Shown: positions 18,207 through 28,275, counted from the first letter of the stretch. The stretch is 51,972 nucleotides of DNA from Candidatus Pacearchaeota archaeon (GCA_023137045.1 JAGLQB010000001.1:1-51972), one strand, 5' to 3'. Made by a program: numbers and translations. Notes: a model not told the origin generated them from the sequence alone.

Positions 18207-19481
18207 ATGGTAAATAAACCAAGTTTTGGAGATTATGTGGAAGTTCATTTAACAAAGGAAATCTATGAAGGAACGCTTTTACAAAATCCTGAAAAAGGAA
18301 TTATTTTGCTTAAACTTAATTCTGGTTATAATATTGGATTTAAGAAAAAGGACGTATTGGATGTAAAAGTTTTGAAAAAAGCTCTGGCTAAAAAAGAAGA
18401 AATTGAATTAAAAAAAGATTCTAAGAAACCGAGCATAGCAATGATTATTACTGGGGGGACAATTGCTTCTCGTTTGAATCCTAAAACAGGGGGAGTTGAT
18501 CCTTTGGATACACCAGAAAACTTTTTTAAATTTTATCCCAAATTGTTTGAGAAAGTAAATATAATGAAACTTGAAATGCCATTTATGAAAGCTTCTGAAG
18601 ACATGGATTTTAAGGATTGGCAAAAAATTGCGAGAGCTGCGACAAAGCTTTTGAATGATAATAATATTCGTGGACTAATAATAACTCATGGAACTGATTT
18701 TTTACATTATACCTCTGCTGCTTTGAGTTTTTTTCTGAAAGATTTGAATAAGCCAGTTGTTTTAACTTATAGCCAGAGAAGTATTGACAGAGCAAGTAGT
18801 GACGCCAATTTAAATTTACAATGCTCTGCTTTAGCAGCAATTTCAGATATGGCAGAAGTTATGATTGTTGGGCATGCTTCTTCTAATGATGATTATTGTT
18901 ATGCAATGCCTGGAACCAAAGTTAGAAAAATGCACGCTTCAAAAAGAGACGCATTTAAAGTTATTAATGATAAACCTTTTGCGAAAATTTTTCCAAACCA
19001 AATTGAAAAAATTTCAAGTTATAAAATTAGAAATAAAAATAAAGTTAAATTAGATTTAAAGTTTGAAGAGAAGGTAGCTTTGGTAAAAATTTATCCTGGA
19101 CAAGACCCTTCTATTTTGGATTATTATTTGAAACAAAAGTATAAAGGAATTGTGTTGGAAATGTCTGGATTAGGACATGTCCCGACGAAAAAAGCAAGAA
19201 AGAATTGGATACAAAAACTCAAAGATGTGCAGGCGAAGGGTTTGATTGTATGTGCTACTGCTCAAACAATTTACGGAAGACTTAATCCTTGGGTTTATTC
19301 TAGTGGAAGAGGAATAGTGAAAATTGGGGTTATTTATTTAGAAGATATGCTTTCAGAAACTGCTTTTGTTAAACTTGGTTGGGTTTTGGGACATAAGCAA
19401 TGGGCAAAAGATAAAGAGATGGTAAAGAAAAAAATGTTAGAAAATTTTAGCCACGAGTTGAATGACAAGTTAGAGGCATAA
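18207..19481 (+). CDS. gatD: Glu-tRNA(Gln) amidotransferase subunit D
   Basis: Asparaginase-like motifs ITGGTIASR and ITHGTDFL. The start is moved to MVNKP (ATG 18207) because the track ORF N-terminus overlaps tRNA-Arg. Confidence 0.9.
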   Translation: MVNKPSFGDYVEVHLTKEIYEGTLLQNPEKGIILLKLNSGYNIGFKKKDVLDVKVLKKALAKKEEIELKKDSKKPSIAMIITGGTIASRLNPKTGGVDPLDTPENFFKFYPKLFEKVNIMKLEMPFMKASEDMDFKDWQKIARAATKLLNDNNIRGLIITHGTDFLHYTSAALSFFLKDLNKPVVLTYSQRSIDRASSDANLNLQCSALAAISDMAEVMIVGHASSNDDYCYAMPGTKVRKMHASKRDAFKVINDKPFAKIFPNQIEKISSYKIRNKNKVKLDLKFEEKVALVKIYPGQDPSILDYYLKQKYKGIVLEMSGLGHVPTKKARKNWIQKLKDVQAKGLIVCATAQTIYGRLNPWVYSSGRGIVKIGVIYLEDMLSETAFVKLGWVLGHKQWAKDKEMVKKKMLENFSHELNDKLEA

Positions 19482-19519
19482 TACTCAATGCTTATAAGCA
19501 TTAATTTTAAAAAACTAAT

Positions 19520-20434
19520 ATGGAGAAAGCATTAGTTACTGGTGGGGCGGGATTTATTGGTTCTTGGGTGGTTGATTCTTTAATTACTAATGGATTGGAA
19601 GTAATAGTTGTAGATAATTTAACAACAGGGAATAAAAAAAATTTAAATAAAAAAACAAAATTTTATGAGATTGATATAAGGGACAAAAAAATTTCTAAGA
19701 TTTTTAAAAAGGAAAATCCAGATTATGTCTTTCATTTGGCAGCACAAATAAATTTAAGGGAGTCTATGAAAAATCCTATTGAAGACGCTAATGTGAATAT
19801 TTTTGGAAGCTTAAATCTTTTAGATAACTGTGTAAAAAATAAGGTTAGGAAAATAATTTTTTCTTCAACTGGTGGTGCAATTTACGGAGATGGTTGCAAA
19901 ATTCCAACTTCTGAAGCAGAGAAAGAGGAGCCAAGCTCTCCTTACGGGATAGCAAAATTATCTATTGAAAATTATCTTAAATTTTATAAAAAGATTTATG
20001 GTTTGGATTATACTTGTTTAAGATATAGTAATGTTTATGGGCCACGGCAGAATAATAAAGGAGAGGCAGGAGTTGTTGCGATATTTATGGATAAAATTCT
20101 TTCTAAAGAAGAACTAATGATAATTGGTTCAGGAAATCAGACAAGAGATTATGTTTATGTTAAAGATGTTGCTAATGCGAATATGTTTGCTACAGATTTT
20201 TCCGGAATTTATAATGTTGGGACAGGTAAAGAAACAAGTGTTAATAATCTCTACGAAAAAATTAAAAAAGTTATGGATGCAAATGTTTCTATGATTCATA
20301 CTCCAGGAATTAAAGGAGAGCAGATGAGAAGTTGTTTGGATGCGAGTAATCTATTAAAAGAAGGGTGGAAACCAAAATACAATTTAGATGAAGGATTAAA
20401 AGAAACAATTGAATATTTTAAAAGAGAGAATTAA
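19520..20434 (+). CDS. NAD-dependent sugar epimerase/dehydratase (UDP-glucose 4-epimerase-like SDR)
   Basis: VTGGAGFIGS Rossmann motif and the SPYGIAK (YxxxK) catalytic motif. Confidence 0.9.
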   Translation: MEKALVTGGAGFIGSWVVDSLITNGLEVIVVDNLTTGNKKNLNKKTKFYEIDIRDKKISKIFKKENPDYVFHLAAQINLRESMKNPIEDANVNIFGSLNLLDNCVKNKVRKIIFSSTGGAIYGDGCKIPTSEAEKEEPSSPYGIAKLSIENYLKFYKKIYGLDYTCLRYSNVYGPRQNNKGEAGVVAIFMDKILSKEELMIIGSGNQTRDYVYVKDVANANMFATDFSGIYNVGTGKETSVNNLYEKIKKVMDANVSMIHTPGIKGEQMRSCLDASNLLKEGWKPKYNLDEGLKETIEYFKREN

Positions 20435-20866
20435 TTATTTCTTCTTTTTTCCGTTTATTAGCATATTTTTTATTTCTCTAATCTCTTTTTCTGCTTTCCT
20501 ATTTATAGCATAATCATATTCTAATTTTAATCTGTCTTTTTGGGATTGTCTGTTCTGGCTCATCAAAATAATTGGGGCTTGGATTGCAGCAAGGCAAGAT
20601 AAAATTAAATTAAGAAGAATAAATGGTTTTGGATCCCACTTTTTTCCTAGGATAATCCAAGAGGTGTTTAGAATAATCCAGAGCACTAGAAAAATTGAAA
20701 ATCCTAATATAAAATACCAACTTCCAGCCCATTTTGTTAGAAAATCTGATGCTTTTTGTCCAACAGTTCTATAGGCTTTAAAATTTGGACGTCCAAGCTT
20801 GATAAAATGATTTTTTTCATTAGAATGTGAATTTTTAATCTTTTTTTTCTTTCCCTCTTTTTTCAT
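20435..20866 (-). CDS. DUF1003-family membrane protein
   Basis: GSWYFILGF, WDPKPFILLNLILSCLAAIQAPIILMSQNRQ and KDRLKLEYDY. Confidence 0.75.
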   Translation of the reverse strand: MKKEGKKKKIKNSHSNEKNHFIKLGRPNFKAYRTVGQKASDFLTKWAGSWYFILGFSIFLVLWIILNTSWIILGKKWDPKPFILLNLILSCLAAIQAPIILMSQNRQSQKDRLKLEYDYAINRKAEKEIREIKNMLINGKKKK

Positions 20867-20900
20867 AACCTAATTTAGGAAATAACAATTATAAATGTTT

Positions 20901-21221
20901 TTATTTATTTGCCCACAAAGGGTTTTCAGCGTAGCTTATTGTTTTGTAATGGTCTCTTGTAGCGTACAAAATAAAATTATCCATATCTATGATTATCCTT
21001 CTGCTATCTTTTGAATCATTAACTTCTAATTCTTGATAATTTCCTGATGGCAATTTTTGTTCAAAATTTTTGTAAATTTTTCCTGTCCCGCCTCTTAATT
21101 TTTGGCTTATTAGAAAAAAAAGTTCTTGTTCTGATAAAGTATTTTGTAAATTTTCTATATCTGTTGCAAGTAAATCTTTCAATTTTTTTCTTTTAAATTT
21201 TTGTAATTCCATGATATTCAT
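20901..21221 (-). CDS. hypothetical protein
   Basis: 106-aa ORF with no secure motif. Confidence 0.45.
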   Translation of the reverse strand: MNIMELQKFKRKKLKDLLATDIENLQNTLSEQELFFLISQKLRGGTGKIYKNFEQKLPSGNYQELEVNDSKDSRRIIIDMDNFILYATRDHYKTISYAENPLWANK

Positions 21222-21327
21222 AAACCTCTATTCTTTTTAAAGCTTCTCTTTTTTACCACTATTAAGTTACTTTTCTATTGATTTAATATTCAAATATTTT
21301 ATATAATATGTTTCTTTATTTTAGTCT

Positions 21328-22776
21328 ATGCTTGAAAAATTAGATTATAAAAAGTTAGGATTAAAATGTGGTCTTGAGGTTCATCAGCAATTGGATACTA
21401 AAAAATTATTTTGTAATTGCCCTTCTATTTTGAGGAGAGATGAACCAGAGTTTGAAATTAAGAGAAAACTCCATGTTGTGGCAGGAGAATCTGGGAATGT
21501 TGATGTGGCAGCAGAATATCAAGCATCATTGAATAAGGATTTTGTTTATCAGGGTTATGACACTAATTGTCTAGTGGAGTTAGATGAAGAGCCACCTCAT
21601 GAGATAAATATGGAAGCTTTGAAGATTGCTTTACAGATTTCTGTTTTACTTCATGCTAAAATTTTTCCTTTAACCCAGATTATGAGAAAGACTGTGATTA
21701 ATGGTTCAAATACTAGCGGTTTTCAAAGAACTGTTATGATTGCAAGAGATGGTTATATTGAGACAGATAAAGGGAGGGTTGGAATTGAAGGAATTTTTCT
21801 TGAAGAAGATGCTGCAAGGATTATTGATAAAAGCGAAAATACTGAAATTTATAGACTTGATAGGTTGGGGATTCCTTTGGTGGAGATCGCAACTGCTCCA
21901 GATATTAAAACTCCTGAGCAAGCAAAAGAAGTTGCATTGTGTTTGGGAGATATTTTGAGAAGTTGTAAAGTCAGACGTGGGTTGGGAACAATACGGCAAG
22001 ATATTAATATCTCTATAAGTGGTGGAGAGAGGGTTGAGATTAAAGGATTTCAAAATCCAAAAGTTATGGTGAAGACAATAAATAATGAAATTAAAAGACA
22101 ATCTGATTTAATTAAGCAAGGAAAAAAATGGGAGCCAGAAGTCAGAAATTCTTTGCCTGATGGGGGAAGTAAATTTTTGCGTCCAATGCCTGGAGCAGCG
22201 AGGATGTATCCTGAAACAGACCTGCCTTTATTGAAAATTTCAAGAAATTTGATTAATGAAGCAAAAAGAGATTTACCTAAATTAAGAAGCGAGATTGAAA
22301 AAGAATTAATGCATAAAGGATTAAATCAGGAAATGATTAGATTGTTGCTTAAAAGAAATAAAATAAACGAGTTTAGAGAGTTGCTAGATATTTTTGATAA
22401 TTCTTTGTTGATTGGAAAAATTCTTCTGATGTTCCCAAAAGAAATAGCGCGTCGTGCAAATCTTTCTTTAGATAAAGTTGAAGAAATTCTTGGGAAGGAT
22501 GTTTTAATATTTGTAATGGAGTCTTTAAAGAATAAAAAAATTTCTAAAGAGCAAGTTAAGCAAGTTTTAATACGAATTGTTGAGGGCAAGAAATTAGAAG
22601 ATGCGATTATGTTTGAAAAGGAAGATAGTAATATTATTGAAGAAAAAATTAGAAAAATTATGAAAGAAAAACCAGGACTTTCAGAGAAAGCTTATATGGG
22701 ATTGGTTATGAAAGAGTACGCAAGCCGAATTAATGGAAGGACAGCAATGGAAATTATTAAAAAGTATATTGCATAA
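21328..22776 (+). CDS. gatE: Glu-tRNA(Gln) amidotransferase subunit E (short form)
   Basis: GLKCGLEVHQQLDTKKLFCNC, VINGSNTSGFQRT and PGAARMYPETD, with a C-terminal helical (YqeY-like) tail. At 482 aa it is shorter than the roughly 620-aa GatE I recall. Confidence 0.85.
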   Translation: MLEKLDYKKLGLKCGLEVHQQLDTKKLFCNCPSILRRDEPEFEIKRKLHVVAGESGNVDVAAEYQASLNKDFVYQGYDTNCLVELDEEPPHEINMEALKIALQISVLLHAKIFPLTQIMRKTVINGSNTSGFQRTVMIARDGYIETDKGRVGIEGIFLEEDAARIIDKSENTEIYRLDRLGIPLVEIATAPDIKTPEQAKEVALCLGDILRSCKVRRGLGTIRQDINISISGGERVEIKGFQNPKVMVKTINNEIKRQSDLIKQGKKWEPEVRNSLPDGGSKFLRPMPGAARMYPETDLPLLKISRNLINEAKRDLPKLRSEIEKELMHKGLNQEMIRLLLKRNKINEFRELLDIFDNSLLIGKILLMFPKEIARRANLSLDKVEEILGKDVLIFVMESLKNKKISKEQVKQVLIRIVEGKKLEDAIMFEKEDSNIIEEKIRKIMKEKPGLSEKAYMGLVMKEYASRINGRTAMEIIKKYIA

Positions 22777-22784
22777 ATTTTAAA

Positions 22785-24056
22785 ATGGAAAGAAAATATA
22801 TCAGAGAAGTAAAAGCAGGAGAATCTGTTTTTTTGCAGGGCTGGATTTATGAATTGAGGATTCTTTCTAAAATGGCTTTTATTTTGTTAAGGGATTCTTC
22901 TGGAATGATTCAATGTATTATTAAAGATAAGGAACTCATGAAAAAAATTTCTGAATTAACATTGGAATCAGTAGTTGAAATTTATGGGAAAGTTAAAAAA
23001 GCAAATGTGAAAGCAGAATTTGCTAGAGATGATTTGGAGATAGAAGTAACTGACTGGACTTTGATAAGTAAGGCAGATAAACTTCCTATCCACTTGAATG
23101 AAAAAACAACCACAACTTCATTTTCTAAAAGATTAGATTATAGATTTTTGGATGTAAGAAAACCAAAAGTTTATGCTATTTTCAAAATTGAGTCAACAAT
23201 AATGCAGGCATATCGGGAGTTCATGATAAATGAAGGTGCTATGGAAGCAGTTTTCCCTTCGATAATTAGTGCAAGTTCTGAGGGAGGCACAGAATTATAC
23301 GCATTGAAATATTTTGAAAAAAAGGCATTTTTGAGTCAAAGTTGTCAGTTATATAAACAAATGCTTGTTTGTTCGGCTGAAAAAGTTTTTACAATTTTTA
23401 CTGTTTGGAGAGCTGAGAAACATAATACATCTCGGCATTTAAATGAGGCAAGACAATTAGATTTTGAAATGGCTTTTGCCGACGAATTTACAGTGATGGA
23501 TATAATGGCAAAGGCAGTGCAATACATAATCAAAAAAGTTATGGAAAAAAATAAAGAAGAGTTAGAATTATTGGGTGTAAAATTAAAAGTTCCCAAAGTG
23601 AAATATTTAACTTTTGAAGAAGCTAATAAGATTTTAAAAAAGAATAACATTAAAACAGAAACTAAAGATATAACTTTGGAGGGTGAAAAAAAGTTTGGAG
23701 AACTTTTTTTGGATACAATTGTTTTTGTCCATGACTGGCCGATAAAGGGAAAGCCATTTTATATTATGCCAAAAGGAGATGGGTTATCGCATGGGTTTGA
23801 TGCAATTTACAAAGGAATGGAAATAACTTCTGGCGGTCAAAGAGTTCATATTCCAGAAATTTTAGAAAAACAATTAAGAGAAAGAGACCTTGACCCTAAA
23901 AATTTTAAATCATATATTGACAGTTTTAGATTTGGTGCACCTCCTCATGCAGGTTGGGGACTTGGTCTTGAAAGGCTGACTATGTTAATTCTTGGAATCT
24001 CAAATATTCGTGAGGTTACATTGTTTCCAAGAGATAGGGAGAGATTAACCCCATGA
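22785..24056 (+). CDS. aspS: aspartyl-tRNA synthetase, archaeal type
   Basis: N-terminal OB domain and class IIb motifs, with GAPPHAGWGLGLERL and the C-terminal FPRDRERLTP. Confidence 0.9.
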   Translation: MERKYIREVKAGESVFLQGWIYELRILSKMAFILLRDSSGMIQCIIKDKELMKKISELTLESVVEIYGKVKKANVKAEFARDDLEIEVTDWTLISKADKLPIHLNEKTTTTSFSKRLDYRFLDVRKPKVYAIFKIESTIMQAYREFMINEGAMEAVFPSIISASSEGGTELYALKYFEKKAFLSQSCQLYKQMLVCSAEKVFTIFTVWRAEKHNTSRHLNEARQLDFEMAFADEFTVMDIMAKAVQYIIKKVMEKNKEELELLGVKLKVPKVKYLTFEEANKILKKNNIKTETKDITLEGEKKFGELFLDTIVFVHDWPIKGKPFYIMPKGDGLSHGFDAIYKGMEITSGGQRVHIPEILEKQLRERDLDPKNFKSYIDSFRFGAPPHAGWGLGLERLTMLILGISNIREVTLFPRDRERLTP

Positions 24057-25345
24057 AATTTATATCAATCAATGAAGCTATGAAAAAAGGAAGAGGCCAA
24101 GTGGCTGTGCGTGGTTGGGTGTTTAGAGAAAGAGGTTCAAATAAATTTAAGTTTCTTATTTTAAGAGATGTTACAAACACGATTCAATGTATTTTGCCCC
24201 ATGAGAAGTTTGAAAAACAATGGGGAGAGATTGATAAAATTCAAGTGGAAACTTCTGTAGAAATTTTTGGGACAATAAAAAAAGATAGTCGTGCTCCTAC
24301 AGGTTATGAAATTCAAGTTAGTAAAATAAATATAATTGGTCTTTCTGATAAGTTTCCCATTAATAAAAGTTTAAATGAAGAATTGCTTGGAGATAGAAGA
24401 CATCTTTGGTTAAGGAGTCGGAAGATGATTTCAATTATGAAAATTAGGAGCACTGTTACAGGTGCTTTACATGAGTATTTTAGGAGCAAGGGATTTTATG
24501 AATTTCAAAGTCCAGTTATTATTCCCGGTGGTGCTGAAGAAGGACCAACTATGTTTGAAATTAATTATTTTAAGAAAAAAATGTATCTGGCACAGACATG
24601 GCAACTTTATGCAGAATCTGCGATTTATTCTTTAGAAAAAATTTATTGTATTGCACCAAGTTTTAGGGCGGAAAAATCAAAAACTTCTCGTCATTTGACT
24701 GAGTATTGGCATACAGAAATGGAGATTGCGTGGGCTAATTTGGATGAGATTATGGATTATGCAGAGGAAATGACTAAGTATGTTTTAAAAAAAGTTTTAG
24801 AGAAAAATAAAGAAGAATTAGAATTTTTGGGAAGAGATATTAAAAAGTTGGGACCGGCATTGAAAAAGAAATTCCCCCGTGTTACATATGATGAAGTGTT
24901 GAAAATTTTAAAGGATAAGAAAAAGATGAAGGTTTCTTGGGGGAAGGATTTAAGGACAATTGAAGAAGAGAAGTTTATGGAATTGTATGACACGCCTGTA
25001 TTTGTAACTAATTATCCAAAAGAGGTAATGGCTTTTTACAAACCAAGAGACCCTAAAAATCCTAAAACTGCAAGATGTTTTGATATGTTGGGACCTGAAG
25101 CAAATGGAGAATTAATTGGTGGAAGTGAAAGAGATATTAATATAGAAGAACTAAAAAAATCTTTGAAATCTAAAGGAGAAAAATTAGAAGATTATTCGCA
25201 TTATTTTGATATTCATTCATACGGAGCTGTGCCTCATGGTGGCTATGGCTTAGGAACAGAAAGATTGATAAAATGGATTTGTGGATTAGATACTATTAAG
25301 GACGCAATTGCATTCCCAAGAACAATGACGAGAACAAGTCCTTAA
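24053..25345 (+). CDS. asnS: asparaginyl-tRNA synthetase
   Basis: SFRAEKSKTSRHLTEYWH, GGSERD, GAVPHGGYGLGTERL and FPRTMTRTSP. It overlaps aspS by 4 nt (ATGA). Confidence 0.9.
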   Translation: MKFISINEAMKKGRGQVAVRGWVFRERGSNKFKFLILRDVTNTIQCILPHEKFEKQWGEIDKIQVETSVEIFGTIKKDSRAPTGYEIQVSKINIIGLSDKFPINKSLNEELLGDRRHLWLRSRKMISIMKIRSTVTGALHEYFRSKGFYEFQSPVIIPGGAEEGPTMFEINYFKKKMYLAQTWQLYAESAIYSLEKIYCIAPSFRAEKSKTSRHLTEYWHTEMEIAWANLDEIMDYAEEMTKYVLKKVLEKNKEELEFLGRDIKKLGPALKKKFPRVTYDEVLKILKDKKKMKVSWGKDLRTIEEEKFMELYDTPVFVTNYPKEVMAFYKPRDPKNPKTARCFDMLGPEANGELIGGSERDINIEELKKSLKSKGEKLEDYSHYFDIHSYGAVPHGGYGLGTERLIKWICGLDTIKDAIAFPRTMTRTSP

Positions 25346-25367
25346 TTTTAAATATTTGGAGATTTTT

Positions 25368-26033
25368 ATGAAAATAGATACAGTTGAAATTAGTTGGTTG
25401 GGGCATTCAGGTTTTTTGATTAAGAATTCCAAAGTGATTTATGTTGACCCATATAATATAAAAGCTGATTCTGAGAAAGCTGATTTAATTTTGATAACTC
25501 ATAGTCATTATGACCATTGCAGTGTGGCAGATATGAACAAAATTATTAAGGATGGAACGAAAATCGTTATACCTGCAGATTGTCAGAGCAAGATAACAAG
25601 ATTTGATTTGCCTATTAGAATAGAAATTATTGAACCAGGGCGGCAATTGACTTATGGTGATATTAAGATTTCTACTTTGGCGGCGTATAATGTTGATAAG
25701 CCTTTTCATTCTAAGGATGAATGTTGGGTGGGATATTTAATTGAAATAGATGGCGTTCTTATTTATCATGCAGGGGATACTGATGTTATCCCAGAAATGC
25801 AAAGACTTACTGGTTACAAACAATCAGATAAAAAATTCATAGCTTTGCTTCCTGTTGGAGGAAGGTTTACAATGACGGCAGAGGAGGCTGTAGAGGCTGC
25901 CAAAATAATTAAACCATTTTTGGCGATTCCAATGCATTATGGAAGTATTGTTGGAAGTGAAGAAGATGCCCAAGAATTTTGTAATTTGTGTGAAGAAGAA
26001 GGCATTGAAGCTAAAATTTTGGTGAAAGAATAA
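25368..26033 (+). CDS. metallo-beta-lactamase-fold hydrolase (UPF0173-like)
   Basis: ITHSHYDHC and HAGDT. The ATG at 25368 is preferred over the TTG at 25356. Confidence 0.85.
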   Translation: MKIDTVEISWLGHSGFLIKNSKVIYVDPYNIKADSEKADLILITHSHYDHCSVADMNKIIKDGTKIVIPADCQSKITRFDLPIRIEIIEPGRQLTYGDIKISTLAAYNVDKPFHSKDECWVGYLIEIDGVLIYHAGDTDVIPEMQRLTGYKQSDKKFIALLPVGGRFTMTAEEAVEAAKIIKPFLAIPMHYGSIVGSEEDAQEFCNLCEEEGIEAKILVKE

Positions 26034-26034
26034 A

Positions 26035-26652
26035 ATGCCTAGAGATATTTTTCTTCAAAGAAAAGAAGATGTGCTGTCTAAAAAAGATAAATCTTCAAAG
26101 GCAAGACAAAGTCTTTTATTGAATCGTCCAAGCGTGGTCAATCCAAAGCAAAGTTGGGATAAAAAAATTAGTGATTTATGTATGAAGATAAATTCTTTGG
26201 ATAATTATTATACAACTTCTTCATGTTCTGGAAGAATTGTTTTGATGGTGAATCAAGATAAAAAAGAAAGTGATTTGTTTTTCAATGTTTATCATGATTT
26301 GATTTCCTTTAATCAGATTAAGAAAGATTTAGAAGTTATATCTAAAAAAAATAAAAAATCAGTTAAGTTCAAATTAGAACCTTGTGCTTTGCATGTTGCT
26401 TGTAGAACATTGGAGGATGCCCAGAATTTTTATAATAATGTTAAATTGGCTGGGTGGAAAAAGTTCGGGTTAATTTCTTTTAAGCATAGATTTATTGTAG
26501 AATTGAATAGTACTGAAAGATTAGAGTTCCCGATTATTAATTCTGGAAAGATTCTTGTGGACGACGAATTTTTGAAAATAATTGTTGATGAAAGTAATAA
26601 GAAACTGAAAAAAAGTTGGATGAAAATTGAGAAATTGAGCAAATTAATTTAA
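26035..26652 (+). CDS. taw3: tRNA wybutosine/wyosine-synthesising protein 3 (TYW3/Taw3-like methyltransferase)
   Basis: YYTTSSCSGRIVLM signature and a size typical of the family. Confidence 0.75.
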   Translation: MPRDIFLQRKEDVLSKKDKSSKARQSLLLNRPSVVNPKQSWDKKISDLCMKINSLDNYYTTSSCSGRIVLMVNQDKKESDLFFNVYHDLISFNQIKKDLEVISKKNKKSVKFKLEPCALHVACRTLEDAQNFYNNVKLAGWKKFGLISFKHRFIVELNSTERLEFPIINSGKILVDDEFLKIIVDESNKKLKKSWMKIEKLSKLI

Positions 26653-26810
26653 GATTTCTTCTTACTCTTGATAATCCCTAATCTTAATCTAATTGCCTCA
26701 GAAATAAATTCTGCTCTAGAACGATAACCTTGTTTTGTCTTTTTAACATATTCATCTATCTTTTTTGCTAAATCTTCTGTTATTGAAATATTAACATATC
26801 TAACTCTCAT
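26649..26810 (-). CDS. ribbon-helix-helix (CopG/MetJ-like) DNA-binding protein, 53 aa
   Basis: Below the ORF-track size cut-off. Reverse translation gives MRVRYVNISITEDLAKKIDEYVKKTKQGYRSRAEFISEAIRLRLGIIKSKKKS. This shows the beta-strand/helix/helix pattern with the typical RSEFI-like segment. It is divergent from the 26868 operon. Confidence 0.6.
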   Translation of the reverse strand: MRVRYVNISITEDLAKKIDEYVKKTKQGYRSRAEFISEAIRLRLGIIKSKKKS

Positions 26811-26814
26811 TTTG

Positions 26815-26836
26815 TTTCATTTACAGGTAAACGAAA
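26815..26836. promoter_or_regulatory. imperfect palindrome (operator candidate) in a divergent promoter region
   Basis: TTTCATTTAC-AG-GTAAACGAAA, with 9 of 10 positions complementary. It lies between the RHH gene start (26810) and the operon start (26868). Confidence 0.35.
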
Positions 26837-26867
26837 GCTTTATTAATTATTTTTCACGCATAGGTAA

Positions 26868-27095
26868 ATGATAGAAAGTAAACAAGCAAAAGGTGGAGCT
26901 GCCGTCTTTATCATAATTTTATTAATCTTATTGGGAATAGGAGCATATATTATTGTTCAAAGTGGAGCATTAGAAAAAGCAATAGACCCTTGTGAGAGGG
27001 AATTTCAAGAATGTAATCATGCTTGTGGAACTGGAATACTAAGCAGTATTTGTAAGGAAAAATGTTCTTATGATTATCGGAGGTGTAAGGAGTAA
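26868..27095 (+). CDS. small membrane-anchored Cys-rich protein
   Basis: 75 aa. One TM helix (AAVFIIILLILLGIGAYIIV) is followed by a segment with 7 Cys (CEREFQECNHACGTGILSSICKEKCSYDYRRC). First gene of a tight operon. Confidence 0.6.
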   Translation: MIESKQAKGGAAVFIIILLILLGIGAYIIVQSGALEKAIDPCEREFQECNHACGTGILSSICKEKCSYDYRRCKE

Positions 27096-27097
27096 AA

Positions 27098-27337
27098 ATG
27101 ACAAAGAAGAAAAAAGACCCTTTAAAAATAATAGGAATGGCCATAATTGTTATAAGTGCTATTATTTTATTTAGTGCTTTCCCCTTAATTCAACAAACAG
27201 TCTTTAATTTTGGTCCTCTAAAAACAGATATTTCTCCAATAAGTGCCACAAGACTTACTATAGGTATCGTTGGAATTTTTATGGGTCTTGTAGTATATTT
27301 TGGAAAAGAGGGACTTAAAATTTTTATGAAAAAATAA
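27098..27337 (+). CDS. small two-TM membrane protein
   Basis: 79 aa with an MTKKKK basic start and two hydrophobic helices. It begins 2 nt after the preceding stop. Confidence 0.55.
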   Translation: MTKKKKDPLKIIGMAIIVISAIILFSAFPLIQQTVFNFGPLKTDISPISATRLTIGIVGIFMGLVVYFGKEGLKIFMKK

Positions 27338-27338
27338 G

Positions 27339-28274
27339 ATGGCAAAGAAGAAAAATAATAATTTATGGTTTGTTCTTGGAGGAATAATTATTGCTGTTTT
27401 GATTATTTGGATTATTGCTGCCAATGTTAATAATGATGTTATTTGCAATGCTCCTCATATTAAAGTTGGTAATTCTTGTTGTTTAGATGAAAATTCTAAC
27501 GGAATTTGTGATGGTGATGAAGAACCAAAAAAGCTACAAACATATTGTGGAGATGGGATTTGTCAGTCTGATGAAGATTATAATTCTTGTTCGGATGATT
27601 GTGAACCCTCTCCTTCCAAAATGGTGGGAATAAGAGCCTTTGATTATGATAAAGATGAAAAAAGAATCACAATACTTCAAATAGAAGATCCTAATCATTA
27701 TCCTGATTGGACACTTAATGCAAAAGGTTATGGAAGTGATGGGAACTTGAAATTTGAAAAAGATGTACAGATGGATTGTTATGGATTCTATTCAGATTAT
27801 TATTGTTCTGGAGTATGTACTGATTGCAGGGTTTCCGATATACCTTATCTTGAGGGAGGGACTTTAAGCATCAAGGCTTTATCTGGAGATGCAACTGTCC
27901 AAGCTATTGGGGATTATTCTTATTCAACATTTGATTCAGAAATCTCTTTTGATGTAGAATTTAATTCTTATGACGGAGATGAGGATGAATTTATTTATGA
28001 GATTACAAATACGGGGAAGAGAATAATTATTGTTGATAGCATAGTTGGAATTTTGTTCATAGATGAATGTGGGGATGATAATTGGCAAGGAGGAGATTGG
28101 GTTGCAAGAGGATATTTAGATGTTTATGGTTCAGAAGATGAGATTATAAGCCCTAGTGAAACCGTAAAAGCTAGAGGGCTAGCTTTGGGTTCTGTATATG
28201 ATATCAGAACATTCTGTACTAAATTTGAATATAAAGATAATATAATTAAAAAATTCGTCTTTGAAGTTATTTAA
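27339..28274 (+). CDS. membrane-anchored Cys-rich extracellular protein
   Basis: MAKKKNNN start plus a TM anchor. It contains CCLDENSNGICDGDEEP and YCGDGICQSDEDYNSCSDDCEP modules, then an acidic beta-rich domain. Confidence 0.65.
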   Translation: MAKKKNNNLWFVLGGIIIAVLIIWIIAANVNNDVICNAPHIKVGNSCCLDENSNGICDGDEEPKKLQTYCGDGICQSDEDYNSCSDDCEPSPSKMVGIRAFDYDKDEKRITILQIEDPNHYPDWTLNAKGYGSDGNLKFEKDVQMDCYGFYSDYYCSGVCTDCRVSDIPYLEGGTLSIKALSGDATVQAIGDYSYSTFDSEISFDVEFNSYDGDEDEFIYEITNTGKRIIIVDSIVGILFIDECGDDNWQGGDWVARGYLDVYGSEDEIISPSETVKARGLALGSVYDIRTFCTKFEYKDNIIKKFVFEVI

Positions 28275-28275
28275 A

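Noticed and set aside
20901-21221. Possible RelE/ParE-like toxin (RRIIIDMDNFILYATRDHYKT resembles the family's C-terminal pattern)
   Set aside because: The resemblance is short and weak. No adjacent antitoxin-sized gene is present and the N-terminal 45 residues do not fit. It is kept as hypothetical only.
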